A DNA stretch of 64,000 nucleotides from Anaeramoeba ignava BMAN (Eukaryota; Protista; Anaeramoebae). This document shows, piece after piece, positions 13,601 through 24,859 of this stretch (its first letter is position 1; the number at the start of each line of letters is the position of its first letter). Where the stretch lies: positions 33,859 through 97,858 of the forward strand of contig JAPDFW010000008.1 of assembly GCA_028826165.1 (NCBI GenBank). The letters run 5' to 3'. Under the pieces are notes generated by a model. The model was not told the origin of the DNA. It searched no databases and was given only the letters and a program-made list of their open reading frames with translations. Both the position numbers and the translations under genes were made by a program.

Positions 13601-16600
13601 AAAATGTCAATTACAACAGAATTAATCTTATTGCTACGCTTTGCAAATTTCTCCAAAATATAATTTGCTTGCAAGAATATTTGCGCGAGATCTTCCGAGT
13701 TGTCTTGGATTGTTGGAGGCTGAATGCTTGATAAAAAATATCCAAAATAATTTTCAACAGTTATACAAATTAAGTTGAAATTTTTGTGTGAAATTTTGCT
13801 TTCATATTTCGCAATTCGATCAATAAAGTTATTCATCACATAAAGACCAAGTGTTTTTTCAATTTGAACTGTTTGTTCACTGAAGATTTTTCCGATGAAG
13901 TTGTTGTAAAATTTGTCGATTTTTTGGAACGTGAAATGAATTGAAAATAAATTGTTTGAAATGATTTCAAGATTATCAACAATTTTATCAATTGAGTCAA
14001 TGATTTCAATCGAAATGCTTTTTTGAATAGAAAGAGAAAAAAGGGTTAAAATTGAAAATGCGTTTTGAATTGCATTTTTTAATATTTCTTGATTTTTAAA
14101 GAAAATGGAGCACTTTTAATTTGAATTTTTTCAGAATTAATTTTAATTTTGATTTTGATTTTAAATTTGATTTTAATTTTAAATTTTATACAAATTTAAT
14201 AATGTTTGAAAACGATAGAAGAGAATTTAAAGAAAAATCTTTTTTCACTAAAAAAGAAGATTCAAGAATTTGGATTCCTTGTTTTTCTTCAATAAATTCC
14301 ATAATTTTTTCTGCAAAACAAAAGGATTTAGTATCATTTTTCTATAAGAAATTAAAGAGAGAAGAAAAAATCACAATTTTTTTTTGTTTAAATGAAATTT
14401 TTTTAAAAAACGAACAGAAAATTTTCTATTTCCAGTTAATTTAACAAAATTATTTGAAATTGTTTTTAAATTTTGATTCAATTTTCCTTGTGAATTGATC
14501 ACTTTTTCTAATACTTTATCAAGTAGAGAAATGAAAAGAGTTTGATTTTCTGAAGTTTTTAATAAACATAATAAAACTATCATCTTCAAAATTTCCAAAA
14601 TTAATTTTGGAGAAGTTTCTCTTTAAAAATGTTTTTTTTAAATAAAAATTAATATTTTTTGTTTTGAATTTAAAAAAAAAGAAATGAAAGAAACTTGATA
14701 TAAAGTTGCTCCATTTTACGAATTTGAGAAGAAATTTCATTTATAAGTTCAAATTGAAGTAAATTTATAAATTCTTCTTCTTGTGATTTTTCAAGTCTTT
14801 TTTGATTAATTGCTTGAAGAATTTCGAGAATAATTTCGAAAGCTTGTGAAGGATTTTCTAAATTTTTCAATATTTAATATTTTAATATTTTTAATGAATT
14901 TTTAAATTTTTCAATTTTGGAATTTGTAAATAAATTTATAAATAAAGTTATAAATAAATTTGTAAATAGATTTGTAAATAGATTTGTAAATAATTTTTGA
15001 AATGAATTTGTAAATAAATTTGTAAATAAAGTTGTAAATAAATTTTAAATTTAAATAAATTTTAATAAATTTGTAAATAAATTTATAAATAAATTTGTAA
15101 ATAAATTTATAAATAAATTTGTAAATAAATTTGTAAATAAATTTATAAATAAATTTGTAAATAAATTTATAAATAAAGTTGTAAATAAATTTATAAATAA
15201 ATTTGTAAATAAATTTATAAATAAGTTGTAAATAAAATAAACAAATTTATAAATAAATTTATGTAAATAAAATTTGTAAATAAATTTATAAATAAATTAA
15301 AATAAAAAAATTTATAAATAAATTTGTAAATAAAAATTTGTAAATAAAATAAATTTACATAAATAAATAAATTTGTAAATAAATTTGTAAAAATAAATTT
15401 ATAAATAAATTTTTTATAAATAAATTTTAAATAAATTTGTAAATAAATTAAAAAATAAAATAAATTTATAAATAAATTTGTAAAATAAATTTATAAATAA
15501 ATTTATAAAATAAACAAGTAAATAAATTTATAAATAAATTTGTAAATAAATTTTAATTTATAAACAAATTTTGTCAAGTTTTTTGTAAAAATTTGTAAAA
15601 ATAAATTTATAAATAAATTTATAAACAAATTTGTAAATAAATTTATAAAATAAATTTATTTGTAAATAAATTTAAATAAATAAATTTAAATAAATAAAAT
15701 AAATTTGTAAATAAATTTATAAATAAAATTTGCTTAAAATAAATTTGTAAATAAATTTATAAATAAATTTGTAAATAAATTTATAAATAAATTTGTAACA
15801 AAATTTGTATAAATTTTAAATAAAATAAATAAATTTATAAAAAAATTATAAATAATTTGTAAAAATAAATTTTAAATAAATAAATAAATTTGTAAATAAA
15901 TTTATAAAAATAAATTTGTAAATAAATAAATAAATTTATAAATAAATAAATTTATAAATAAAGTTGTAAATAAAATAAATGTAAATAAATTTAAAACAAT
16001 AAATAAATAAATAAATTTAAATAAATAAATTTTAAATAAATAAAAAATTTGTAAATTATAAATAAATTGTAAATAAATAAATTTAAATAAATTTGTAAAA
16101 TAAAATAAATTTGTAAATGTAAATTTGTAAATAAATTTTTCAATAAATAAATTTGTAAATAATAAAGTAATGAAAAATTTGTAAATAAATAAATAAATAA
16201 AAATTTATAAATAAATTTTAAAAATAAATAAATTTATAAATAATTTTGTAAAACAATAAATAAATAAATTTGTAACAATTTGTAAATAAATTTATAAATA
16301 AATTTGTAAATAAATTTATAAATAAATTTAAATAAAATAAATTTATAAAAATAAGAAATAAATTTGTAAATAAATTGTAAAACAAATTTATAAATAAATT
16401 TGTAAAAAAATTTATAAATAAATTTATAAATAAAATTTATAAATAAATTTGTAAATAAATTTATAAATAAATTTAAAAATAAAATTTATAAATAAAGTTG
16501 TAAATAAATTTATAAATAAATTTAAAAATAATAAATAAAGTTGTAAATAAATTTGTAAATAAATTTATAAATAAATTTTTACTGAAAAGTGTTGTAAATT

Positions 16601-16723
16601 TATAAATAAATTTTGAGGTATTCAATTTCTTTTTGAAAATGGTGTTGTTAATAAATGGGAATAATTTTTAAAATCAAGAAATTGATTTTTTTTATTAGAT
16701 TGAAAAAAATTTGAAAAATTCAT
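7601..16723 (-). CDS. Large USP9X/USP24/USP34-like protein with a degenerate catalytic domain (over 2000 aa). Last two exons 14112-12184 and 11296-7601, three short exons in 14190-14860, tentative first exon 16723-16583
   Basis: SWYLIQQLPTS, WCNQFIESQGIRHL, LPKCKTKRSIQIGFHILNLL, IIQQLFFIKKFRKLII, FYCPSCSKNVQGIKQRIIIKFPEMMIFHIQR, FPELIDLTQF and YGLNGLI parallel the USP9X/24 layout. GT-AG joins are phase-consistent for exons 2-6. Exon 1 is inferred from an Inr-like motif, ATG at 16723 and GTAAAA donor at 16582, but needs frameshift correction. Confidence 0.75.
11345..12165. repeat. About 21-bp minisatellite (GAAATGAATTGAATATTTAAT variants) filling the last USP-like intron (11297-12183)
   Basis: Seen directly. 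Confidence 0.92.
14920..16580. repeat. (TAAATTTGTAAA/TAAATTTATAAA)n 12-mer satellite, probably intron 1 of the USP-like gene
   Basis: Seen directly. Flanked on the minus strand by GTAAAA (16582) and TTTAG (about 14858). The middle is irregular, suggesting poor consensus. Confidence 0.85.
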
Positions 16724-16788
16724 TTAAATTTTTTTTTGAAATGAGAAAAATGAAAAAATTAAAAAATCATTTTTTTTCTTTTTAAAAA

Positions 16789-18614
16789 ATGAATGATTGT
16801 TTATTTTTTGGTCAAAATCAATATCCAAAACTTATCAAAAATGAACCAAATAAAATAGCAAAACCAATTCAATTTAAATTTGAAAATGAAAATGAAAATG
16901 AAAATGAAAAACAAATTAAACAAATTTCATCAGCAAATTTTTCAACAATTTTCCTTTTTAAAAATGGAAAAGCAATAGAATATTTAAATGATAAAGATTC
17001 AAAACAAAAATCCTGAAAAATTCAAATTGAAGAAAATATTCAAAAAGTAACTGTTGGTTATCATAATGAAGCTATTTTAACAATAGAAGGAAATGTATTT
17101 TTGCAATTTTCCTTTTGAAAATGGGAGAATATAAAGATTCAAAACAAAAATATATTAACAAAAAATACAAAAGAATTTATCAATATTTCATCATTAATTG
17201 AAGATCCAAATGATAGAATAATTGAAGATATTGTTTCTGGTTACAGTTCAATTTACTTATTAACTTCAAATCAAAATGTTTATGGAATTGGTTCAAATCA
17301 ATATTGTCAACTTGGTTTTGATTTTAAAACACTTTATGAAACAGAAAAACCAATTTTAATGATGAAAAATGTTTCTAAAATATTTTCAGGAAATACATCA
17401 GATTGCATTTTTCTTTTAAATTCAAATCAAGAATTATTTGGATGCGGATATAATTATTCTGGTCAACTTGGATTAGGAGAATCAAGAAAAGAAGAAACAG
17501 AAATCCAAAAATTAACCAAAATCCAAAATATTCCAAAAGGCAAAATAATTGATATTCAATATGGAATTTCTTTTTCAATAATGTTGATTGAAAATCAAAA
17601 CGAAAACCCAAAAAGAAAACTTTATTCATGTGGATATTATGGATATAATGGACTTGGCAAAATACTTGAAAATACTTATGAATTTACTGAAATCAAATCA
17701 TCTTTATTTGAAGATAATGATGATAATATTCTTGATTTTTCTGTTGGACATTCTCATACTTTGATTTTAACTTCTAAAGGGAAAGTAATTGGATTTGGAG
17801 ATAATTATTATGGTCAATTAGGAACTGAAGATACAAATAATCAATCAATTCCAATTCAAATTGAACTTCCTAAATTAAGATTTAATGAAAATATTTCTAA
17901 TTATCATGTTCTTTGTGGATCTTTAAAATCATTCCTTTATTCTTCTCCTTCTTTTTCCAATCTTGAAGAAGATTTGATAAAATTATTTAGAAGAAAAGAA
18001 TTTTGTGATATTTCATTTAAAACAGAAAATGGAGAAATAATTGAAGCTCATAAATTAATATTGAAATATAGATTAAATCAAAATCAAAATCAAAATCAAA
18101 ATGAAAAACTTCAAGAAATTATTTCAAAAAAATCAATTAAAGAATCAAATCAAATATTTGAAATGATTTATTCAAACAAAATTATAAATCCAAAATTATA
18201 TTCTGAAATTAAAGAAATTATAAATTTAAATGAAAAAATTGAAGAAACAATGAAAAGAATTTATTTAAATGAAAATGAAAAAGATTTTATTATTGAAAGA
18301 AAAGAAAAACAGTATAAATTTCCCAAAATTAATATTAATAATGAGAAGTGAATTATATCGAGGAATGTTTTTATCTGTAACTGAAGACAAATCTAAATAA
18401 AGTTACAGATTATAGTGAATTAAGTAATGAATCATTTCAAATATTTGAATATTGGATTTATTCAAATCAAATTAAAAATGAAATTGAAATTACACAAGAA
18501 ATAATTGAAGAAATTAAAATTGGAATTGATTATTTTCAATTAAATCAAACAAATCCAAATTTATTTGATTTATTAATTAATAAATTTAATAACCAAAATC
18601 AAAATCAAAATTAA
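16789..18614 (+). CDS. RCC1-repeat plus tandem BTB protein, copy A. Frameshifted (pseudogene or consensus errors)
   Basis: Collinear with copy B: GSNQYCQLG, GCGYNYSGQLG, GFGDNYYGQLG, EFCDISFKTENGEIIEAHKLIL, MRSELYRGMF. Frame breaks near 17010, 17100-17160, 18325 and 18395. Confidence 0.75.
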
Positions 18615-18734
18615 AATCAAAATCAAAATCAAAATCAAAATCAAAATTAAAATCAAAATCAAAATCAAAATCAAAATCAAAATCAAAATTAAAATAAAAA
18701 TTAAAATTTTTTTTTCATTTTTTTCTTTTTAAAA

Positions 18735-20721
18735 ATGAATGAAATTTTATTTTTTGGTCAAAATGAATATCCAAAACTTATCAAAAATAAATCAAAAGGA
18801 ATAACAAAACCAATTCAATTTAAATTTGAAAATGAAAATGAAAATGAAAATGAAAATGAAAAAGAAAAAGAAAAATGAAAATGAAAATGAAAATGAAAAA
18901 CAAATTAAACAAATTTCATCAGGAAACTTTTCAACAATTTTCCTTTTTAAAAATGGAAAAGCAATAGAATATTTAAGAGATTCAAATCAAAATCCTGAAA
19001 AAATTCAAATTGAAAATATTCAAAAAGTGTCTGTTGGTCATGAAAATGAAGCTATTTTAACATTAGAAGGAAATGTATTTGCAAAAGGAAAATATATTAA
19101 TTCAAAAAATCCAAAAGAATTTATTAATATTTCATCATTAATTGAAGATACAAATGATAGAGTAATTGAAGATATTGTTTCTGGTTACAGTTCAATTTAC
19201 TTATTAACTTCAAATCAAAATGTTTATGGAATTGGTTCAAATGGTTGGGGTCAACTTGGTTTGCATTATGAAACACTTCAAAGAACAGAAAAACCAATTT
19301 TAATGATGAAAAATATTTCTAAAATATTTTCAGGAAATACATCAGATTGCATTTTTCTTTTAAATTCAAATCAAGAATTATTTGGATGCGGATATAATTA
19401 TCATGGTCAACTTGGATTAAAAGAAGCAATACTACAGGCAAAAGTCTATAAATTAACTCAATTCCAAAATATTCCAAAAGGCAAAATAATTGATATTAAA
19501 GGTGGATTTAATCATTCAATAATGTTAATTGAAGATGAAGATGAAAATGAAAATGAAAATGAAAATCCAAAAAGAAGACTTTATTCAACTGGAGATTATA
19601 AATCTAATGCACTTGGCAAGGCTCAAGATACAAAAATATTTACTGAAATCAAATCACCTTTATTTGAAAATGATGAAGATAATATTCTTAAAATTTCTTG
19701 TGGACAATATCATAATTTGATTTTAACAACAAATGGGAAATTGATAGTATTTGGAAATAATGAATTTGGTCAATTAGGAACTGGAGATATAAACCATCAA
19801 CCAACTCCAATTCAAATTGAACTTCCTAAATTAAGATTTAATGAAAATATTTCCAATTATCATGTTTCTTGTGGAAATAATAAATCATTTCTTTATTATT
19901 CTCCTCATTCTTTTTCCAATCTTGAAGAAGATTTTATAAAATTATTTGAAAGAAAAGAATTTTGTGATATTTCATTTAAAACAGAAAATGGAGAAATAAT
20001 TGAAGCTCATAAATTAATATTGAAATATAGATTAAATCAAAATCAAAATCAAATTGAAAAACTTCAAGAAATTATTTCAAAAAAATCAATTAAAGAATCA
20101 AATCAAATATTTGAAATGATTTATTCAAACAGAATTATAAATCCAATATTATATTCAGAAATTAAAGAAATTATAAATTCAAATGAAAAAATAGAAGAAA
20201 CAATGAAAAGAATTTATTTAAATGAAAATGAAAATGAAAATGAAAAAGATTTTATAATTGAAAGAGAAGAAAAACAATATAAATTTCCAAAATTAATATT
20301 AATAATGAGAAGTGAATTATATCGAGGAATGTTTTTATCTGTAACAGAAGACAAATCTAATAAAGTTACAGATTATAGTGAATTAAGTAATGAATCATTT
20401 CAAATATTTGAATATTGGATTTATTCAAATCAAATTAAAGATGAAATTGAAATTACACAAGAAATAATTGAAGAAATTCAAATTGGAATTGATTATTTTC
20501 AATTAAATCAAACATATCCAAATTTATTTGATTTATTAATTAATAAATTTAATAATCAAAATCAAAATCAAAATCAAAATCAAAATCAAAATCAAAATCA
20601 AAATCAAAATCAAAATCAAAATCAAAATCAAAATCAAAATCAAAATCAAAATCAAATTCAAATTCAAATTCAAAATCAAAATCAAAAAAAGAATAAAGAA
20701 AAAAATTGTTTAATTTTTTAA
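18735..20721 (+). CDS. RCC1-repeat plus tandem BTB protein, copy B, with a poly-QN spacer and C-terminal CaaX (CLIF)
   Basis: Likely ATG at 18735 (MNEILFFGQNEYPKLIK, matching copy A), with one frameshift in the GAAAAT/GAAAAA tract near 18870. RCC1 GxNxxGQLG repeats, two BTB domains, ending KKNKEKNCLIF. Confidence 0.88.
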
Positions 20722-20740
20722 GAAATCAAATAAAAGAAAC

Positions 20741-23700
20741 TCAAAAACAAGAACACCCTTTAGATTTTTCATCTTTTCTTTGTGGTTTTTGAGTATTTAA
20801 TTGCTTTTTTTGTTTTGATTTTTTTTCTTGAATTAAATTTGGAGATTCTGAAACTTGAAAAAATTCCATTGCTTCTTCAATTTCTTGTAATAAATTCTTT
20901 GGAATATTATGAACATCCAATTCATTACAATAAAGAAATTTCAAAAAAATTTCCATTGATTTAATACTCAGCATTGATAAATCAGTCACTTGATTTGATT
21001 CATCTTGAACACTAACAAACATTCCTCTAAAAAATCCACTTCTTGCTGCCAAAACTTCTTTATGAGCTAAAAAACTTTTTTCTGTTCCTTTTGATTCATC
21101 TTTTTTGATAATCTTGAAATTTTTGCTTTCGTTTTGTGAATATAAATCCAAAAAACTTTTCTGCAATCCAACCAAATTAGATTTTGATTCAATTTCTTTT
21201 GCACTCATTCCAATTTCTTCTCCAATTTTAAATATTAAATTTTGTGAGTTTGGAAATTCTGCAAAATTTAAATTTCCACTATAAATCCACTTAAGAAATA
21301 TTTCCAGTTCTTTTTTCTCTTTTTTGATACTTATTAGTTTTAAATTTTCCAGATTTTTCCCAATTCTGTTTTCTAAAATGAGTTTATGAGAACAAACTTT
21401 TCCTTCTCTCGTTTCAAAATCAAAATCACACAACTCTTGTCTATCAAAAAATTGTAAATAATCTTGAACTAATGTGAAAAATAAAAGAATTTGAATTTCA
21501 GGATCATCAGTTAATTGAAAAGCTTGAAGATTCTTTTGATTTCCATTTTGATTTAAACAAAAAAAAAAGACAAAAAGTAAAATTTAAATTTGTAAAAAAA
21601 TTATTTTTGAAAGTTTTCAATTTTTTGATTTTACTTCCTATTTAATCCAAAATAAATCATTACTAAATATTCTTTTCTTTTCTTCTTCTTTTCATAACTC
21701 AAAAAAAATTACTTCCTAAATTGAAAAATATTATATTTTCATATTAAAATAAAAATTTAAATAATTAATTAGTTTTTTTTTTTGATTTAAACATTAGGAA
21801 TTGTTGGATCTGCTCCAGCTAAAATAAAAGATGATATAATTTGAATTTTATTTTCCTTTGGCATTTCTGTCATACAAGTAAAATGAAGTTGTGTTGATTT
21901 CTTTGATATAAATATTAATATTATTTATTTTGATGAATTAATTTTTTTTGTTGTTCTTCTTGCGAATTTTTTTGAAAAAGAAAATATTCTAAATGGATTA
22001 CAAACTAATCAAGAAGATTTATTTAGATTAAATTTTTATTTTTGGTTCTTGAAGAAAAATTACAAGATTAGTTTTGTTGACATCATAACCGTTTTTAATA
22101 TATTCTGAAATTTTTTCAACAGATTTTTCTTTGACATACAAACACATTGTGTTCCAATTCTAGTTTTAATTCAATTTTTTAAATTTAATTCAATTTTTTA
22201 GTTTTAATTCCAATTTTTTTTTGAATTAACATTATAAATTAATTTTCTTGCAAAATTTTGCATCATTGTTTTCAAATTATCCATTTCTTTTATTGATGTT
22301 TCTTCAAACATCATTGAGTATTCTTTTGCAAAAGCAAATCCTTCTTTTTTTGTAACTTCTCGATTTTCTTCAAAATCTAAAATTATTTTTTTTTTGGATC
22401 AAAAAATAAAATTCCATTTCTTTTTCTTATCTAAAAATAAAAATAAAAACCAAGTTTATTTCCAATAAGAAGAAATTCAGGTGAAAAATCTTCAGAAAAA
22501 GTTGATTTAAGTTCAGTAATCCATTTTCGAAGATTTTCAAATGTTTGTTTTTTTGTAATGTCATAAACTAATACTATTGCTTTTGATCCTCTATAATACA
22601 TTGGACTAACAAAAATTTTATAAAGAAAAAATAAAAAGCAAAATTTTTTGAATAAATTTTTGAGATTTGTTTTTAAAAAAAGAAATTAAATCACGCCAAA
22701 ACTCGATATCTTTCAACTCCAGCCTAAAAAGAAATAATCAATAAATTTAATTTGATTTAATTTAATTTAATTTGATTTAATTTAATTTGATTTAATTTAA
22801 TTTAATTTGATTTAATTTGATTTGGATTTGATTTAATTTAATTTAATTTAATTTGATTTAATTTGATTTAATTTAATTTAATTTGATTTTAATTTAATTT
22901 AATTTAATTTAATTTAATTTAATTTAATTTAATTTGGATTTGATTTAATTTAATTTGGATTTAATTTGATTTGATTTGATTTGATTTAATTTTAAATTTT
23001 GATTTAATTTAATTTGATTTAATTTAATTTAATTTAATTTGATTTTAATTTTAATTTGGATTTAATTTAATTTAATTTAATTTAATTTAATTTAATTTAA
23101 TTTAATTTAATTTGATTTAATTTTTTTTGAAATTTGATTTAATTTCCAATTTAATTTAAATTTTGGAAAAATTTAAACCTTTTTAATTTGATTTAATTTA
23201 ATTTAAGTTTAATTTAATTTAAATTTGGAAAAATTTTAATTTATTTTTTGAATTTAAAATTTTGGAATTCTGGATTTGATTTTGGATTTGATTTGATTAA
23301 ATTTGATTTAATTTAATTTATTTTGATTTAATTTAATTTAATTTGGATTTGAATTAAATTTTAATTTGGATTTAATTTAATTTGATTTAATTTAATTTAA
23401 TTTAATTTGGATTTAATTTAATTTGATTTGATTTGATTTGATTTGATTTGATTTGATTTGGATTTAATTTGGATTTAATTTGGATTTAATTTGGATTTAA
23501 TTTGGATTTAATTTGATTTGATTTGATTTAATTTAATTTAATTTGATTTGATTTAATTTGGATTTGACTTGATTTAATTTGAATTTTTTTTTGATAATAA
23601 AATACAGTATCCCACAACTCAAGTTTAACTTGTATTTGATCAATTTCATATGTTTTTGTTAAAAAAGATGCGCCAATAGTTGATTGAGTATCTAATTTTA

Positions 23701-23871
23701 TTAATTTTATTTTATTAAAAAAAATTTAAATGATAAAAACGTTTTCTTTTTATTTTAAAGTTTTATTTATTTACCAAGTGATATAACATTAGAAAAAATA
23801 GCTAAACAAATTGAACTTTTTCCAACTGTTGTATCACCAAGAAAAACAACTTTAAAAATTTGAGTATTCAT
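20741..23871 (-). CDS. Rab5/22-like GTPase - ankyrin repeats - BTB - BTB fusion with a C-terminal Cys motif, about 505 aa. Exons 23871-23775, 23691-23606, 22723-22695, 22605-22451, 22376-22231, 22159-22064, 22004-22002, 21900-21793, 21715-21713, 21637-21635, 21532-20741
   Basis: [64 protein letters not shown]. Then IKNGYDVNKTNL-F-KSTQLHFTC...AGADPTIPN-E-E-NLQAFQLTDDPEIQILL, followed by ELCDFDFETREGKVCSHKLIL, AHKEVLAARSGFFRGMF, ending KGCSCF. All ten introns are GT-AG and phase-consistent; total 1518 nt. Confidence 0.85.
22745..23585. repeat. (ATTTA/ATTTG/ATTTGG)n pentamer satellite in intron 2 of the Rab-ANK-BTB gene
   Basis: Seen directly. The intron spans 22724-23605. Confidence 0.9.
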
Positions 23872-23924
23872 TCCAAAAAAATAAAAGAAGAAGAAAAATG
23901 AAAAAAATGAAAAAATTTTTTATT

Positions 23925-24859
23925 TTGAATTTGAATTTGAATTGAATTTGAATTGAATTGAATTGAATTGAATTGAATATTGAATTTATTTTGAATTGAA
24001 TTTGAATTGAATTTGAATTAAATTGAATATTGAATTTATTTTGAATTTGAATTGAATTTGAATTGAATATTGAATTTGAATTGAATTAAATTTGAATTGA
24101 ATTTGAATTGAATTGATTTGAATTGAATTTGAATTTGAATTTGATTTTGAATTAAATTGAATTTATTTTGAATTTTAATTGAATTAAATTTGAATTGAAT
24201 TGAATTTGAATTGATTTGAATTTAATTTGAATTTGAATTGATTTGAATTTGAATTAAATTTGAATTTGAATTTGAATTGAATTGAATATTGAATTGAATA
24301 TTGAAATTGAATTTGAATTTGAATTTGAATTGAATTAAATTTGAATTTATTTTGAATTTGAATTTGAATTTGAATTGAATATTGAAATTGAATTGAATTT
24401 GAATTAAATTTGAATTTAATTTGAATTGAATTGAATTGAATTTGAATTTGAATTGAATTGAATTTAATTTGAATTTGAATTGAATTTGAATTTGAATTTG
24501 AATTGAATTTGAATTGAATATTGAATTTGAATTGAATATTGAAATTGAATTTGAATTTGAATTTGATTTTGAATTGAATTTGAATTTGAATTGAATTTGA
24601 ATTGAATTTGAATTGAATTTGAATTTGAATATTGAATTGAATTTATTTTGAATTTTAATTTTGATTATTATTTATTTGAATTTGAATTGAATTAAATTGA
24701 ATTTGAATTGAATTGAATTTATTTTGAATTTTAATTGAATTAAATTTGAATTGAATTGAATTTGAATTTATTTTGAATTTGAAAATAGAATTGAATTTGA
24801 ATTGATTTGAATTAAATTGAATATTGAATTGAATTTATTTTGAATTTGAATTTTGATTA
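23925..24859. repeat. (GAATT/GAATTT)n intergenic satellite
   Basis: Seen directly. Confidence 0.9.

Noticed and set aside
17100-17160. Short scrambled copy of 16945-17010 inside RCC1-BTB copy A
   Set aside because: Looks like a polishing artefact near a low-quality satellite; no terminal repeats or target-site duplication.
22431-22450. Possible 20-nt intron using the first TAG after GNKL
   Set aside because: That splice leads to DKKKKWNFIF and a stop. The TAG at 22377 gives the conserved Rab continuation.
22690-22700. Possible GC-AG intron in the Rab region (and at 3942 in the DHHC gene)
   Set aside because: A canonical GT donor two bases away gives the correct phase in both cases.
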